The notes below the pieces were generated by a model. The model ran no database searches and was not told the DNA's origin. It saw only the letters and a list, made by a program, of their open reading frames with translations. Of a stretch of 64,000 nucleotides of DNA, positions 53,205-64,000 are shown in pieces. The position numbers were made by a program, and so were the translations under genes. Source of the DNA: Octopus sinensis. Taxonomy: Eukaryota. Position 1 is the stretch's first letter, and each line of letters begins with the position of its first letter. The DNA is taken from NCBI RefSeq assembly GCF_006345805.1, contig NC_043011.1, forward strand, positions 12,536,464-12,600,463. The letters are read 5' to 3'.

Positions 53205-53587
53205 ATGCAAGCTGGCAGAATTGTTAGCATGCCAGGTGAAATGCTTAGCGGTATTTCATCTGTCATTACATTCTGAGTTCAAATTCCATCGGGGGTCGAT
53301 TAAATAAGTACCAGTTACGCACTGGGGTCGATGTAATCGACTTAATACCTATGTCTGTCCTTGTTTGTCCCCTCTATGTTTAGCCCCTTGTGGGTAATAA
53401 AGAAATAGGTATTTCGTCTGTCATTACATTCTGAGTTCAAATTCCGCCAAGGTCGACTTTGCCTTTCATCTTTTCGGGGTCGATTAAATAAGTACCAGTT
53501 ACGCACTGGGGTCGATGTAATCGACTTAGTCCCTTTGTCTGTCCTTGTTTGTCCCCTCTATGTTTAGCCCCTTGTAGGCAATAAAGA
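53205..53587 (+). mobile_element. Meta-domain-like SINE with internal tandem duplication
   Basis: The body gtatttc(a/g)tctgtcattacattctgagttcaaattcc...aaagaa occurs twice (~53250 and ~53408). Confidence 0.75.
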
Positions 53588-55435
53588 ATTAAAAATGTGA
53601 CTTATACACTTCTTTACCATTCTTGTAGATTTCAAACACCCCAAAGTGAGTTTTGTCTTCTAGCTGCTTGGATTCTTTTATTTTATCAAAGTTTTACAAC
53701 TTACATATACGAAGCTCTCCTATACAACAAGAAGAATCACTTTTATGATGATCACATTTGGAATATCTCAATGCTGAATATATCAAAGAATTCTACTGCC
53801 TATAATATAGTTATGCTGGTTTATGTAGAATCTATGGTCTTCACTGAAGAAACATTAGTTTACAATCCTGCAACATTAAACTTATCCAGCCAAGTAACCC
53901 TCTATGAATCAAGTGAAAATGTGAACCTAATTTATGTGAGCCCGACTGATATGTGAATTCAAGTATTATTTGGGTTTGTATTTGGATATGGAACTTAAAT
54001 AGTCAATGAAAAAAAAACAAAAAAACTCAGCTTTGTATTTATCAGTCTAGTGCTAACTCCTGAAAAATTAGTACGTTTTCTAAATTGGTGGATGATAAGG
54101 GAATCAGGCCACTTATGAGAAATTTTACTTATAGATAGATCTATCAGAGCTTTCACCTCAGTTTTTTTCTGTTTGTCTTTGTCTTTTAATCCTTTCGTTA
54201 CCGTATTTATTTTGAGGTGCTCTGTAGTTCTTTCAATTATTTTAAATATAACAATGAATTTAGTAAAATAACTTAGTTATCATTAAGCTAGTATTAGGAA
54301 CACAAATTGTGACTAAGGTTTGGTGGTAGATTTTAATTCAGAACTTTTGAAAACAAGACATTTGTACTACAGAGTCAGAGGCAGTTTCAGGCAGGTTGGT
54401 ATCGAAAGGGTTAAGCTATCACCCAGATGTTCGAAAAGCCCTGTGAACTTTTAAAGTGTGAGAACAGTTCAACAATTGGCAAAGCTGATTGGAGTCAGTG
54501 TAACAAGTAATGCAGCATAGAACACCTAGTGTAGTAGCATGTGGAAAATATAGTCTCTGTAGGAACTCAATACAATGTAAACAAAAGTATAGAAAAAATA
54601 AAAAAGGTAGTGGTAGACGAACAAGAAATCAGAACATTAGTAACACTGAATGCAGTGGAGTAGCTAGCAACAGCTGCAGCATAAACTAAAGACAAACAAA
54701 CTGCTTGGATCGCTTGTCAGAACAACTAGCTAGATTGTTGAGCTAAATGGTTGAATTAATGCTGGAGATTTGTTTTTGTTAAAGTATGTTAGCTAGGCTG
54801 TGAATGAGGTGTGAAAAGGTTTAGAGATATTTTTCATATGTTGGTAAGAAAGAATATCTTGCTTTGCACAAAAAGAAGACAATATGAAGTATGTATAGAA
54901 AGTATAATCTTGTATGGCAGCAAAATACAGGCATCAGATGTTGACTACAGAAAATCTTGCTGAGGAATGATCTAAAATAGATTATTGGATGTGCAACATT
55001 AAGTTACCGAAATTTCTGAGAGTAAAAGGATGGAAAAACTGTCTAGTCGTCAGACATATAGGTTGATGTGTCTAGCTGTGGCTGTATGACAGACTCATCC
55101 ATTCCAGACTAGCATGGATAAGAAAACTCTGAAATGATTATGAAGAACATACTGGTTTTGATTGTCTAAAAGCTAACTCTTTTCCAAACTATATTTAACT
55201 GCATCATCGAGCCTTTGCAGCCACCAAATTTCCTCAGATGATGTCACACAATTTTTAAGAAGGTGTCATAGGCCAATGTGCTCTAAAAACTCTAAAAAAG
55301 ACAATATGACTATGATTGAAATGTCTTTGATCACAAGTCTGCTCAATCAAAGTTGACCTGGAGTTAACAGCAACAGCACAACTACATACAATCAATGAGA
55401 GTTTTAGTCAAATAACACATGTAAATGTCTCTTAA

Positions 55436-55641
55436 CCCTTTAGTATTTAAACCGGCCATATCCGGCCAAAATATTTAATCTGTTTTATGTTCAAACTGAC
55501 CAGATCCAGGCTCTCACACCTACCCGACAATGTTATTCTACATTAAGTAGATCTTGAAGATATGAGATAATGCATGATTAATTCAAATCAATGTGAATCA
55601 ATAAGCATTATGTTTGATAGAATAATCTGAACACTAAAGGG
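55436..55641. mobile_element. piggyBac-type MITE (TTAA TSD), copy 2
   Basis: TTAA flanks and CCCTTTAGT/ACTAAAGGG TIRs. Confidence 0.85.
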
Positions 55642-55686
55642 TTAAACCCTTAAGGACTAATGGTCATTCTTGACTGGTTTCAGGAA

Positions 55687-58600
55687 GTCGTCGTCGTCGT
55701 CGTCGTTTAACGTCCGTTCTCCATGCTAGCATGGGTTGGACGGTTCGACCGGGGTTCTGGGAAGCCAGAAGGCTGCACCAGGCTCCAGTCTAATTTGGCA
55801 ATGTTTCTACAGCTGGATGCCCTTCCTAACGCCAACCACTCCGTGAGTGTAGTGGGTGCTTTTTACGTGCCACCTGCACAGGTGCCAGGCGGGGCTGGCA
55901 ACGGCCATGGTCAGATTGGTGTATTTTATGTGCCACCGGCACGGAAGCCAGTCGAGGCGGTGCTGGCATCGGCCACGAGTCGGATAGTGCTTTTTACGTA
56001 CCACCAGACCAGGGATCCTGGCTGGTTCAATTCGATTTCGATTTCGATTTCGCTTGCCCCAACATGTCTTCACAAGCAAAGGGGGTTGGCAAGGGTGCCT
56101 GTCGTACGGTCCCATTGGAGTATTTTACGTGCCACGGCCACGAGTCGGATAGTGCTTTTTACGTACCACCAGACCAGGGATCCTGGCTGGTTCAATTCGA
56201 TTTCGATTTCGCTTGCCCCAACATGTCTTCACAAGCAAAGGGGGTTGGCATGGGTGCCTGTCGTACGGTCGCATTGGAGTATTTTACGTGCCACGGCCCC
56301 GAGTCGGATAGTGCTTTTTACGTACCACCAGGCCAGGGATCCTGGCTGGTTCAATTCGGTTTCGATTTCGATTTCGATTTCGATTTCGCTTGCCCCAACA
56401 TGTCTTCGCAAGCATGGGGGGTTGGGATGGGTGTCTGTCGTCGGATGAGGTTCTATATCGACTTCGCTTGCCTCAACCGGTCTTTGTGTCCAAGGGAGGA
56501 AAGGCATTCATAAGTGGGCTGGGCTCACTTGTCCTGCCTGGTCTTCTCACGTACAGAATATTTCCAAAGGTCTCGGTCTCTGGTCATTTCCTCAGTGAGG
56601 CCTAAAGTTCGAAGGTCGTGCTTCACCACCTCGTCCCAGGTTTTCCTGGGTCTACCTCTTCCACGGGTTCCCTCAACTGCTAGGGATTGGCACTTTCTCA
56701 CACACCTATCTTCATCCATTCTCGCCACATGACCATACCAGCGCAATCGTCTCTCTTGCACACCACAACTGATGCTTCTTAGGTACAACATTTCTCTCAA
56801 GGTGCTAACGCTCTGTCGAGTATGTACACTGACATTACACATCCATCGGAGCATACTGGCTTCATTCCTCACGAGCTTACGCATGTCCTCAGCAGTCACA
56901 GCCCATGTTTCGCTGCCATGTAGCATGGCTGTTCGTACACACGCATCATACAGTCTGCCTTTTACTCTGAGCGAGAGGCCTTTAGTCACCAGCAGAGGTA
57001 AGAGCTCCCTAAACTTTGCCCAGGCTATTCTTATTCTAGCAGTTACACTTTCAGCGCACCCACCCCCACTACTGACTTGGTCACCTAGATAACGGAAGCT
57101 ATCAACTACTTCTAGTTTTTCCCCCTGGAAAGTGACGGAAGTTGTTTTCTGCAGATTTTCGGAGGTTAATGCTCCCGAGCATCTGCCACATACAAAAACT
57201 ATCTTCCCAGTTAGCCTACCTTTGACATTGCTGCACCTCTTATGTGTCCATAGCTTACACTGGGTACATCTTATAGAGTTTCTACCTACACCTTTTCTAC
57301 AGATCGAGCAGGGCCATCTTCCTGAAGATATTTGTGGATTGTCTACCTTTCTACTTATTAGTACTTTGGTTTTAGCTAGGTTGACTCTAAGGCCCCTTGA
57401 TTCTAAACCCTCCTTCCACACCTGGAACTTCTCCTCCAGTTCTGATAGTGACTCAGCAATAAGAGCAAGGTCGTCAGCGTAGAGGAGCTCCCAGGGACAG
57501 CCTGTCTTGAATTCCTCCGTAATTGCCTGGAGTACTATGATAAATAGGAGGGGGCTGAGTACTGAACCCTGGTGGACCCCAACCTCTACTTTGAATTCTT
57601 CTGTGTACATGTTGCCAACCCTAACCTTACTTACGGCATCTCTGTACATGGCTTGCACAGTCCTCACCAGCCATTCATCTATCCCTAGTTTCCTCATTGA
57701 CCACCAGATAAGGGATCGGGGGACCCTATCAAAAGCTTTCTCCATGTCAACGAAAGCCAGGTACAGGGGCTTATCTTTGGCTAGGTATTTCTCCTGCAGC
57801 TGCCTTACCAGGAATATAGCATCAGTGGTACTTTTTCCTGGCACGAACCCAAACTGCATCTCATCTAAACTAACTCTCTCTCTAATTAGTTGGGCTATGA
57901 CCCTCTCCGTAACCTTCATTACTTGATCCAACAGCTTGATACCTCTGTAATTATTTGTATCTAGGGCATCACCTTTACCTTTGTAGCAGTTGACTAGTAT
58001 GCTGCTGCACCAGTCATTGGGTATGACTCCTTCGTGTATCACCTGGTTGACTATACGGGTGACTAGGTTATAGCCGACACTGCCAGATATTTTGAGCATC
58101 TCTGCAGTAATTCCTGATGGGCCTGGGGCTTTCCCTGTCTTCATGCTTCTAATTGCCTTAGCTACCACGGAACTATCAACTCGGATAGCTGGTCCCTCTG
58201 TAGGGTCAACATTCGGCAGACTCTCTTTATCCCATTCATTTTCCTCATTCAGTAACCTTTCATAGTGGCGTCTCCAAGCTTCTCTCTTTGCATCCTCATT
58301 TAGCGCAAGTGAACCATCCTCCATGCGAACACATTTCTCTCCTACCACATCACGATTCTCTCTCACACACTGTCTTGCAACACGAAATACCTCAAGTCTT
58401 TCATCCTCACGGCGCAGGACATTGGCAAATTTTCTCTTATCTGCTTCCCCTCTGGCTAGATAGACCTGTCTCCTAGCTTCCCTTCTGGCAGTCTGATACC
58501 CTTCCCTGCTACCACCGTTCTTCCAGGCCTTCCAAGCCTGTTTCTTTTGTCTAATAGCCCTGTCAACAATATTGTTCCACCACCACGTTATTTTGGGTCT

Positions 58601-59411
58601 TAAGGGGACTTTGCACCAGCCACAGATCTGGTCAGCGGCTTTCAGCAGGTTGTCCCTCAGAAACGTCCAGTTGTCTTCTACCCCATGTGTAGCTATACCC
58701 CCTTCCACTTCGTCAAAGGCTTCAAGTAACATATCTCTAAATCTCTGTCCATTCGCAGGGGCTTTAAGCTTCCAGACCCTTCTTCTCCATGTTGGTCGTC
58801 TTCTAGTCGCCCTCTTAGTCCTGATCCTAAAGTCACTAACTACCAGTCTATGTTGTGGGGTGCATTCTTCGCCTGGGAAGGTTTTGGCATTTTTAAGCAG
58901 CCATCTTTCCCTTTTTCTGGCAAGGATGTAGTCGATTTGGCTAGTATGCCGGCCCGATCGGTAGGTGACCAGGTGGCTTGTTGGTTTCCTGAAGTTAGTG
59001 TTGCAGACCATAAGACTATTCGCATCGCAGAACTCCAGCAGCCTGGTTCCCTCCTCGTTGCGGGAACCATAACCGTAGCCTCCATGTACGCCATGGAAGC
59101 CCCCAGCATGTCGTCCAACATGCCCATTGAAATCACCAGCCACAAAGAGAAGGTCCCTGTCGTTCGTCGATGAGGTGGTCTGCAGTAGGGTGTCATAGAA
59201 ACTGTCTTTCTGTCCATCGGGTAGCCCTGGCTGAGGGGCATAGGCCGATATAATGGTTGCTAATCTATTATGAAGCACTATTCTAATCTTAAGTATTCTG
59301 TCACTTACTCTGATTACCTCAATTACTCTATCTATCCATTTCTCAGCGATAATTATACCCACGCCACCAACCCCGTCAGTGTTCCCTGCCCAGAAAATCT
59401 TGTACCTGTGT
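55687..59411 (-). mobile_element. RTE-clade LINE, 5'-truncated inside the endonuclease domain, with (GAC)n tail
   Basis: APE motifs (GVGII, ISAYAPQ, AGDFNGHVG, SQIDYIL, QHRLVV) and RT motifs (QFGF, FVDMEKAFDRV, GVHQGSVLSPLLF, YADD, FRYLG). The ~840-bp 3'UTR ends TTAAAC(GAC)n. No TSD was found. Confidence 0.96.
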
Positions 59412-59428
59412 ACAAGTGAAGTGGACAA
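56525..59428 (-). CDS. RTE ORF (APE endonuclease fragment + reverse transcriptase + inserted PHD finger), 967 codons without stops
   Basis: The ORF track and the motifs above. The first ~6 codons come from flanking DNA, so the true N-terminus is missing. Confidence 0.93.
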   Translation of the reverse strand: MSTSLVHRYKIFWAGNTDGVGGVGIIIAEKWIDRVIEVIRVSDRILKIRIVLHNRLATIISAYAPQPGLPDGQKDSFYDTLLQTTSSTNDRDLLFVAGDFNGHVGRHAGGFHGVHGGYGYGSRNEEGTRLLEFCDANSLMVCNTNFRKPTSHLVTYRSGRHTSQIDYILARKRERWLLKNAKTFPGEECTPQHRLVVSDFRIRTKRATRRRPTWRRRVWKLKAPANGQRFRDMLLEAFDEVEGGIATHGVEDNWTFLRDNLLKAADQICGWCKVPLRPKITWWWNNIVDRAIRQKKQAWKAWKNGGSREGYQTARREARRQVYLARGEADKRKFANVLRREDERLEVFRVARQCVRENRDVVGEKCVRMEDGSLALNEDAKREAWRRHYERLLNEENEWDKESLPNVDPTEGPAIRVDSSVVAKAIRSMKTGKAPGPSGITAEMLKISGSVGYNLVTRIVNQVIHEGVIPNDWCSSILVNCYKGKGDALDTNNYRGIKLLDQVMKVTERVIAQLIRERVSLDEMQFGFVPGKSTTDAIFLVRQLQEKYLAKDKPLYLAFVDMEKAFDRVPRSLIWWSMRKLGIDEWLVRTVQAMYRDAVSKVRVGNMYTEEFKVEVGVHQGSVLSPLLFIIVLQAITEEFKTGCPWELLYADDLALIAESLSELEEKFQVWKEGLESRGLRVNLAKTKVLISRKVDNPQISSGRWPCSICRKGVGRNSIRCTQCKLWTHKRCSNVKGRLTGKIVFVCGRCSGALTSENLQKTTSVTFQGEKLEVVDSFRYLGDQVSSGGGCAESVTARIRIAWAKFRELLPLLVTKGLSLRVKGRLYDACVRTAMLHGSETWAVTAEDMRKLVRNEASMLRWMCNVSVHTRQSVSTLREMLYLRSISCGVQERRLRWYGHVARMDEDRCVRKCQSLAVEGTRGRGRPRKTWDEVVKHDLRTLGLTEEMTRDRDLWKYSVREKTRQDK

Positions 59429-60489
59429 AAGATAAATCTCCCCCAGGAAAGGACAATAGTCATATTTCAGAGAAGATTTTTAGTAGATAACATTTCCATA
59501 TGATCTACTACTTACTCCTGGCAGTTTGAATTAGTGGTTCTCAAACCTTTGTAGCTTACCAAATTGTGTTTTGCCAACACCTTTTCACCAAATGGCATTT
59601 TATAAATGCCCTCAACACATGCTTTACACAAAAGAAAAAAAATGCAATTAATATAATCAAACAACCTAATTTTACAGAGTGGTTTATTATCCACATTCTC
59701 TTAGCCTATCCCATCTTGCATCTGCATTGAATAGATGCCTTATGCTAATTTTTTATGGAAATTACTAAAGGAGGCAAGGATTTATATAATGAAATTATGT
59801 TTAGATTTACATTAAGCATAAATAAAAAAAATTTAAAGCAAAGAGCAACATTCAGCACAATTAAAATTTTAATTAAAATATTATTAGTTTTATTACTGGT
59901 ATTAATGACCCAAACATATGCGTCAATAGTTGTTTACCTTTAAGACAGGATAAAAACAAATGTAAAACAATTCAAGATATTCAACAAATCATTATGTTTC
60001 AAAAGTAATGGGTAGCTAATGTAAAATATCAGCTGTAATGTTCTTAAAGAGACTTTGCTAATTTAAAAATATCAGATTTGATATTTGACTAACAGAACCC
60101 TTTTCTATATTTGTAATATACTTCACTGTTTACCTAAGAGATGTCCAGTAGTAATGCTGAACCATTTCTCAACCAGGTAAGAGAAAGCAAATATTAACAA
60201 CTTCACTCCCTTGTAATGACAGGAATGTCAGTTGTATCACACATTTACAGACAATGCTCTTCTCACATTTTAATCCTGACAAAGAAAATTAGTTTAAAAT
60301 ATAATGTATCTAATTTAAATATTTTATTTCTCAGAATAAATTATGACCTTGATAGCACTTCTTGATGACTACCAACCTTTCGTGGGCTCAAAATGTCCCC
60401 AAGGGGTTACTGCCATCCAGTTTAAGAATTACTAGTTGAATTGCAGTGGTTATGAAACAAAAACTAATACCTGCAATGCTACATATAAT

Positions 60490-61025
60490 CATCATCATCA
60501 TCATCATCAGCGTTTAATGTCTGTTTTCCATGCTAGCAAGGGTTGGACAGTTCGACCAGGATCTGGGAAGCCAGAAGGCTGCACCAGGCTCCAGTCTGAT
60601 CTGGCAGTGTTTCTACAGCTGGATGCCCTTCCTAATGCCAACCACTCCGTCAGTGTAGTGGGTGCTTTTTACGTGCCACTGGCACAGGTGCCAGGCGAGG
60701 CCGGCAATGGCCATGATCGGTTGGTGACTTTTACGTGCCACCGGCATGGAAGCCAGTCAAGGTGGCGCTGGCATCAGCCACGTTTGGATGGTACTTTTTA
60801 CGTACCACCGGCACAGGGATCACAACTACAATTTCCATTGATTTTTGATGTTGATGTACTTGACTCAATAGGTCTCCTCAAGCACAGGGTCGAAACGGTG
60901 TTTCTTTACTTGCCACCTGTACAGGAGTCAGTCCAGCGGCACTGGCAACTGCTGGGTGCCAGTCATAGGATTGGTTCAATTTCGATTCTGATTTCACTTT
61001 CCCAACAGGTCTTCACAAGCAGAGT
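60490..61025 (-). mobile_element. RTE LINE 3'UTR fragment (second subfamily)
   Basis: Shares acaactacaatttccattgat...tactt gactcaatagg with 62305-62955 and the 1-1281 array. Confidence 0.85.
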
Positions 61026-61499
61026 TTAGTGTCCATGTGTAAAAAGGCCAATATCCAAAGCATTGTGCCTTATCAATTCTGTTAATTCCTCCCAAATAAC
61101 TACTATAATAACTAACAAGTAGATAAATTGATAGATATAAGCATAATATAGCCATTGGGTCACCCACCCACTAAAACTTAAGACACTGGTCATTAGGTTT
61201 GAAAAATATAAAGTAAAAGTAACAATAAAGTTTTTCTAATTATTTCTAAAAACAAAAACATAACTGAAATATTCCTTATTACCATTAAATCTAAAACACT
61301 TCAGAACATAATGACATTACTGAATATAATTTCTTGTTTTCAAATTTAACAATGGACACTGTCCATGACAGAAATCATCACCAAGGTTACTCATGGGTGA
61401 TACAGTCTTTCATGCTAACTGTGCATTAATAATAAGGAGCTGTTAAATTTTGCCATTGGACAAAGCAAACCCCACTAGCCTAACCTTGACTAATAATAG

Positions 61500-61830
61500 C
61501 TAGCTTTCTATTTTGAAGAGTATAGTAAATAGGCTAAGAATTCCTACTTGTTTCAGGACATCGTTGTTTGGGATGCTGTCCCACTATCTGATGCAAATGA
61601 TTTGCCTGAAGCAAAACAATTGAAAACCATTCAGGCTAGTGTCGACTTAATGGGAAAATAGTCCCAAAGAAATCTTGTATGGAGAGCTAGTAACTGGAAC
61701 TAAACCTGCTGGAAAACCGTTTATACATTGCAAGGATGTCTGCAAATGTGACATGAAGGCCAGTGACATCTACCTAGCAAGCTGAAAAGCCTTGGCAGCA
61801 AACTGAGACAAGTGGAAACCTGTCGTGAAT
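61500..61830 (+). mobile_element. Decayed RTE/BovB-like ORF 3' end
   Basis: PKEILYGELVTGTKPAGKPFIHCKDVCKCDMK matches the RTE C-terminal PK.LLYGEL..G.R..G.P...KD..K motif. Confidence 0.65.
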
Positions 61831-62304
61831 ACAAACATGATGAACATTTATCAAAAGAGAACTGAAGAGTTGGAAAAAGGAATGTTGACAACAGAAACTA
61901 ATACCAACACATTAAAGGCTAAATACAACCTGAAAAAAGCAGGCACAAGGTATGCTGCTCCAGAATTGGGCTATTCATCAATAAAGGTGCTTCAGCTCAA
62001 ATCCTGCCTGATTAGTAGCACAAAGCTTCATTGTCTCTTGACAAATGGATGAGTAAATGTTAGAGTGAGAGAGAGAGAGACAGACAGAGGGAGAGAGAGA
62101 GAGGGATTTTGAACAGGTTACATTTACATAATTCAAGAGAATGACAATCTCATGCACAGACAAGATAAACAAACAAGTAAAAGGTTGACTTTATGGCTAT
62201 TTGCTTTGTTACTAGAAAATGACATTTTCTGATGAACAGTAGGGTACTGTATCTGGTGTTCAAAATGACAGTAGGTTCTGTGTAAAAATTGATATAACAT
62301 TAAT

Positions 62305-62955
62305 ATGATGATGATTATGATGATGATCATCATCATCGTTTAACGTCCGTTTTCCATGCTAGCATGGGTTGGACGGTTTGACTGGGGTCTGGGATGCCAG
62401 GATGCTGCACCAGGCTCCAATCTGATCTGGCAATGTTTCTACAGCTGGATGCCCTTCCTAATGCCAATCACTTCGTGAGTGTAGTGGGTGCTTTTTGCGT
62501 GCCACTGGCACAAGGGCCAGAGGAGGCTGGAAATGGCCATGATCAGTTGGTGCTTTTTACGTGTCACCGGCATGAATGCCAGTCAAGGCGGCGCTGGCAT
62601 CAGCCACGTTCAGATGGTGCTTTTTACATGCCACCGGTACAGGTATCACAACTACAATTTCCATTTGATTTTTATTTTGATCATGTACTTGACTCAATAG
62701 GTTTCCTCAAGCACAGCAGGTCACCCTACGATCCAAGGTTAGCACAGCAGGCCATCCTGCGAGCCATGAACTCACTACATTTGTCGGGTCTTCGCAGTCA
62801 CAGCATATCTCCAGAGGTCTCGGTCTTTCGTCATTGCCTCTGTGAGGCCCAATGTTCAAAGGTCGTGCTTGACCACCCCATCCCATGTCTTCCTGGGTCT
62901 ACCTCTACCCTGGATTCCTTCAGTTTGGGAGTGGCACTTCTTCACACATCTCTCA
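62305..62955 (-). mobile_element. RTE LINE 3' end including the last ORF codons
   Basis: Minus frame GRGRPRKTWDGVVKHDL*TLGLTEAMTKDRDLWRY matches the C-terminus of the 967-aa ORF, followed by a different 3'UTR. Confidence 0.88.
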
Positions 62956-64000
62956 GAAGTTTATATATTCAAGAGGAAAGAAAACAAACAAAAAGTGATA
63001 TAATAAGTACTGGGCTTTTAAAAACTGAGTACTAGGATCAATTCATTGAGCTAAAATTCTTCAAGTTAGTGCCCATCATGGTTGCAGTCTAATGATTGAA
63101 ACAAGTAAAAGATTAAAAGATAGATTTGGTAAGTGAAGTTTTGTATTGCAGCCTTATATTAAATCTGAAACAAAGCATTCCAATTTGAATATGAAACCTT
63201 TTGAGTGATTACACATATCTTGTCTGGGGGTAGACTTAGCATGAATGAAGATTTCCCTAAGAGGCGGAATCAAAGCTCTGCACACATGTGTGGCTTTCAT
63301 ACTAAAGAAATAATGGCAATAACACTTTCTATTCACATGATTATTGAAATTAATGAGATTTAGTTGCCAAAACAAAATATTTTCCAGAATTGAAATATGT
63401 ACTTTTTACCAAATTTATTAAAACTATTATGGATTTGCAAAATGCCTTACAAAGATTTCTCAGAAAATAATTTAATCCATTGAGCTTAAGGAGACAGAAT
63501 CTACCCACCTTTGACCCCTTTGAAATAATCTAGAAACTATCAGGCCTTTCTTAAAGAGCCCTTAAATTTATGATTCAAAATGAAGTGGAAATAGGTAAAA
63601 TTGGGTAGTAATGGTTAATATAATCAATATTAAGTTTAAACTGTTGAAGGTTATTCATTTGAAAAGAAAACATAGATGGAAAGTAAGTAAAAAAGGGGGC
63701 TGTTCTGACGATTAAGCCAAATACACAAAATCGAATCTGGAGAATGATATACAGTGAAGAATGTCAAGTAAGACAAGTCTGTTTAGGTAGAGTTGGTATA
63801 TGACCAACAAGTTCAGAGAAACAGAGGTGGGGAGATTGTAAGTTAAGGTACAAGACATAAAGTGAGGACACAGCTGAGTGACAGCTAAATGATTGAAGAG
63901 TGTTGGTGAATAAAGATTTGTTATTGTTTACCTTCATGTCAGTCCCAATGAAACAGATGTATGTTAAAAGGCATTCCAGCTGTGACCAACCTGTCTTTTT

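Noticed and set aside
55723-56513. 241-aa and 149-aa plus-strand ORFs
   Set aside because: They are antisense to the tandem-duplicated LINE 3'UTR; the repeated peptide simply mirrors the DNA repeat.
62237-62275. CTGATGA followed by a 6-bp hairpin (hammerhead-like)
   Set aside because: There is no GAAA after the stem and no matching stem I or III.

Overview
AT-rich, microsatellite-dense eukaryotic DNA. It is most likely a coleoid cephalopod (octopus-like); this is inferred from the SINE families, RTE LINE type and repeat density, not from a search. No host gene could be identified with confidence, only a few ambiguous exon-like stretches. The window is dominated by mobile DNA: (1) a 5'-truncated RTE LINE with an uninterrupted 967-codon ORF (55687-59411, minus) that carries a PHD finger inside its RT domain, plus many 3'-end fragments of the same family, one of them amplified as a tandem array at 1-1281; (2) a Tc1 element (3552-6126) with a nested LTR-like insert, a mariner (12338-13469) and a Tigger/pogo remnant; (3) Merlin-like and piggyBac-like MITEs, CR1 and ORF1/gag remnants, and more than 20 tRNA-derived SINEs. 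The most unusual feature is a 1.2-kb near-perfect palindrome (38582-39785; 597-bp arms, 10-nt loop, one mismatch seen). Each arm carries a complete minimal type-I hammerhead ribozyme facing outward. A further intact hammerhead lies at 1932-1974 and several decayed relatives are scattered through the window, one with compensatory stem changes. Together these point to a family of Penelope-type, ribozyme-bearing non-autonomous elements.
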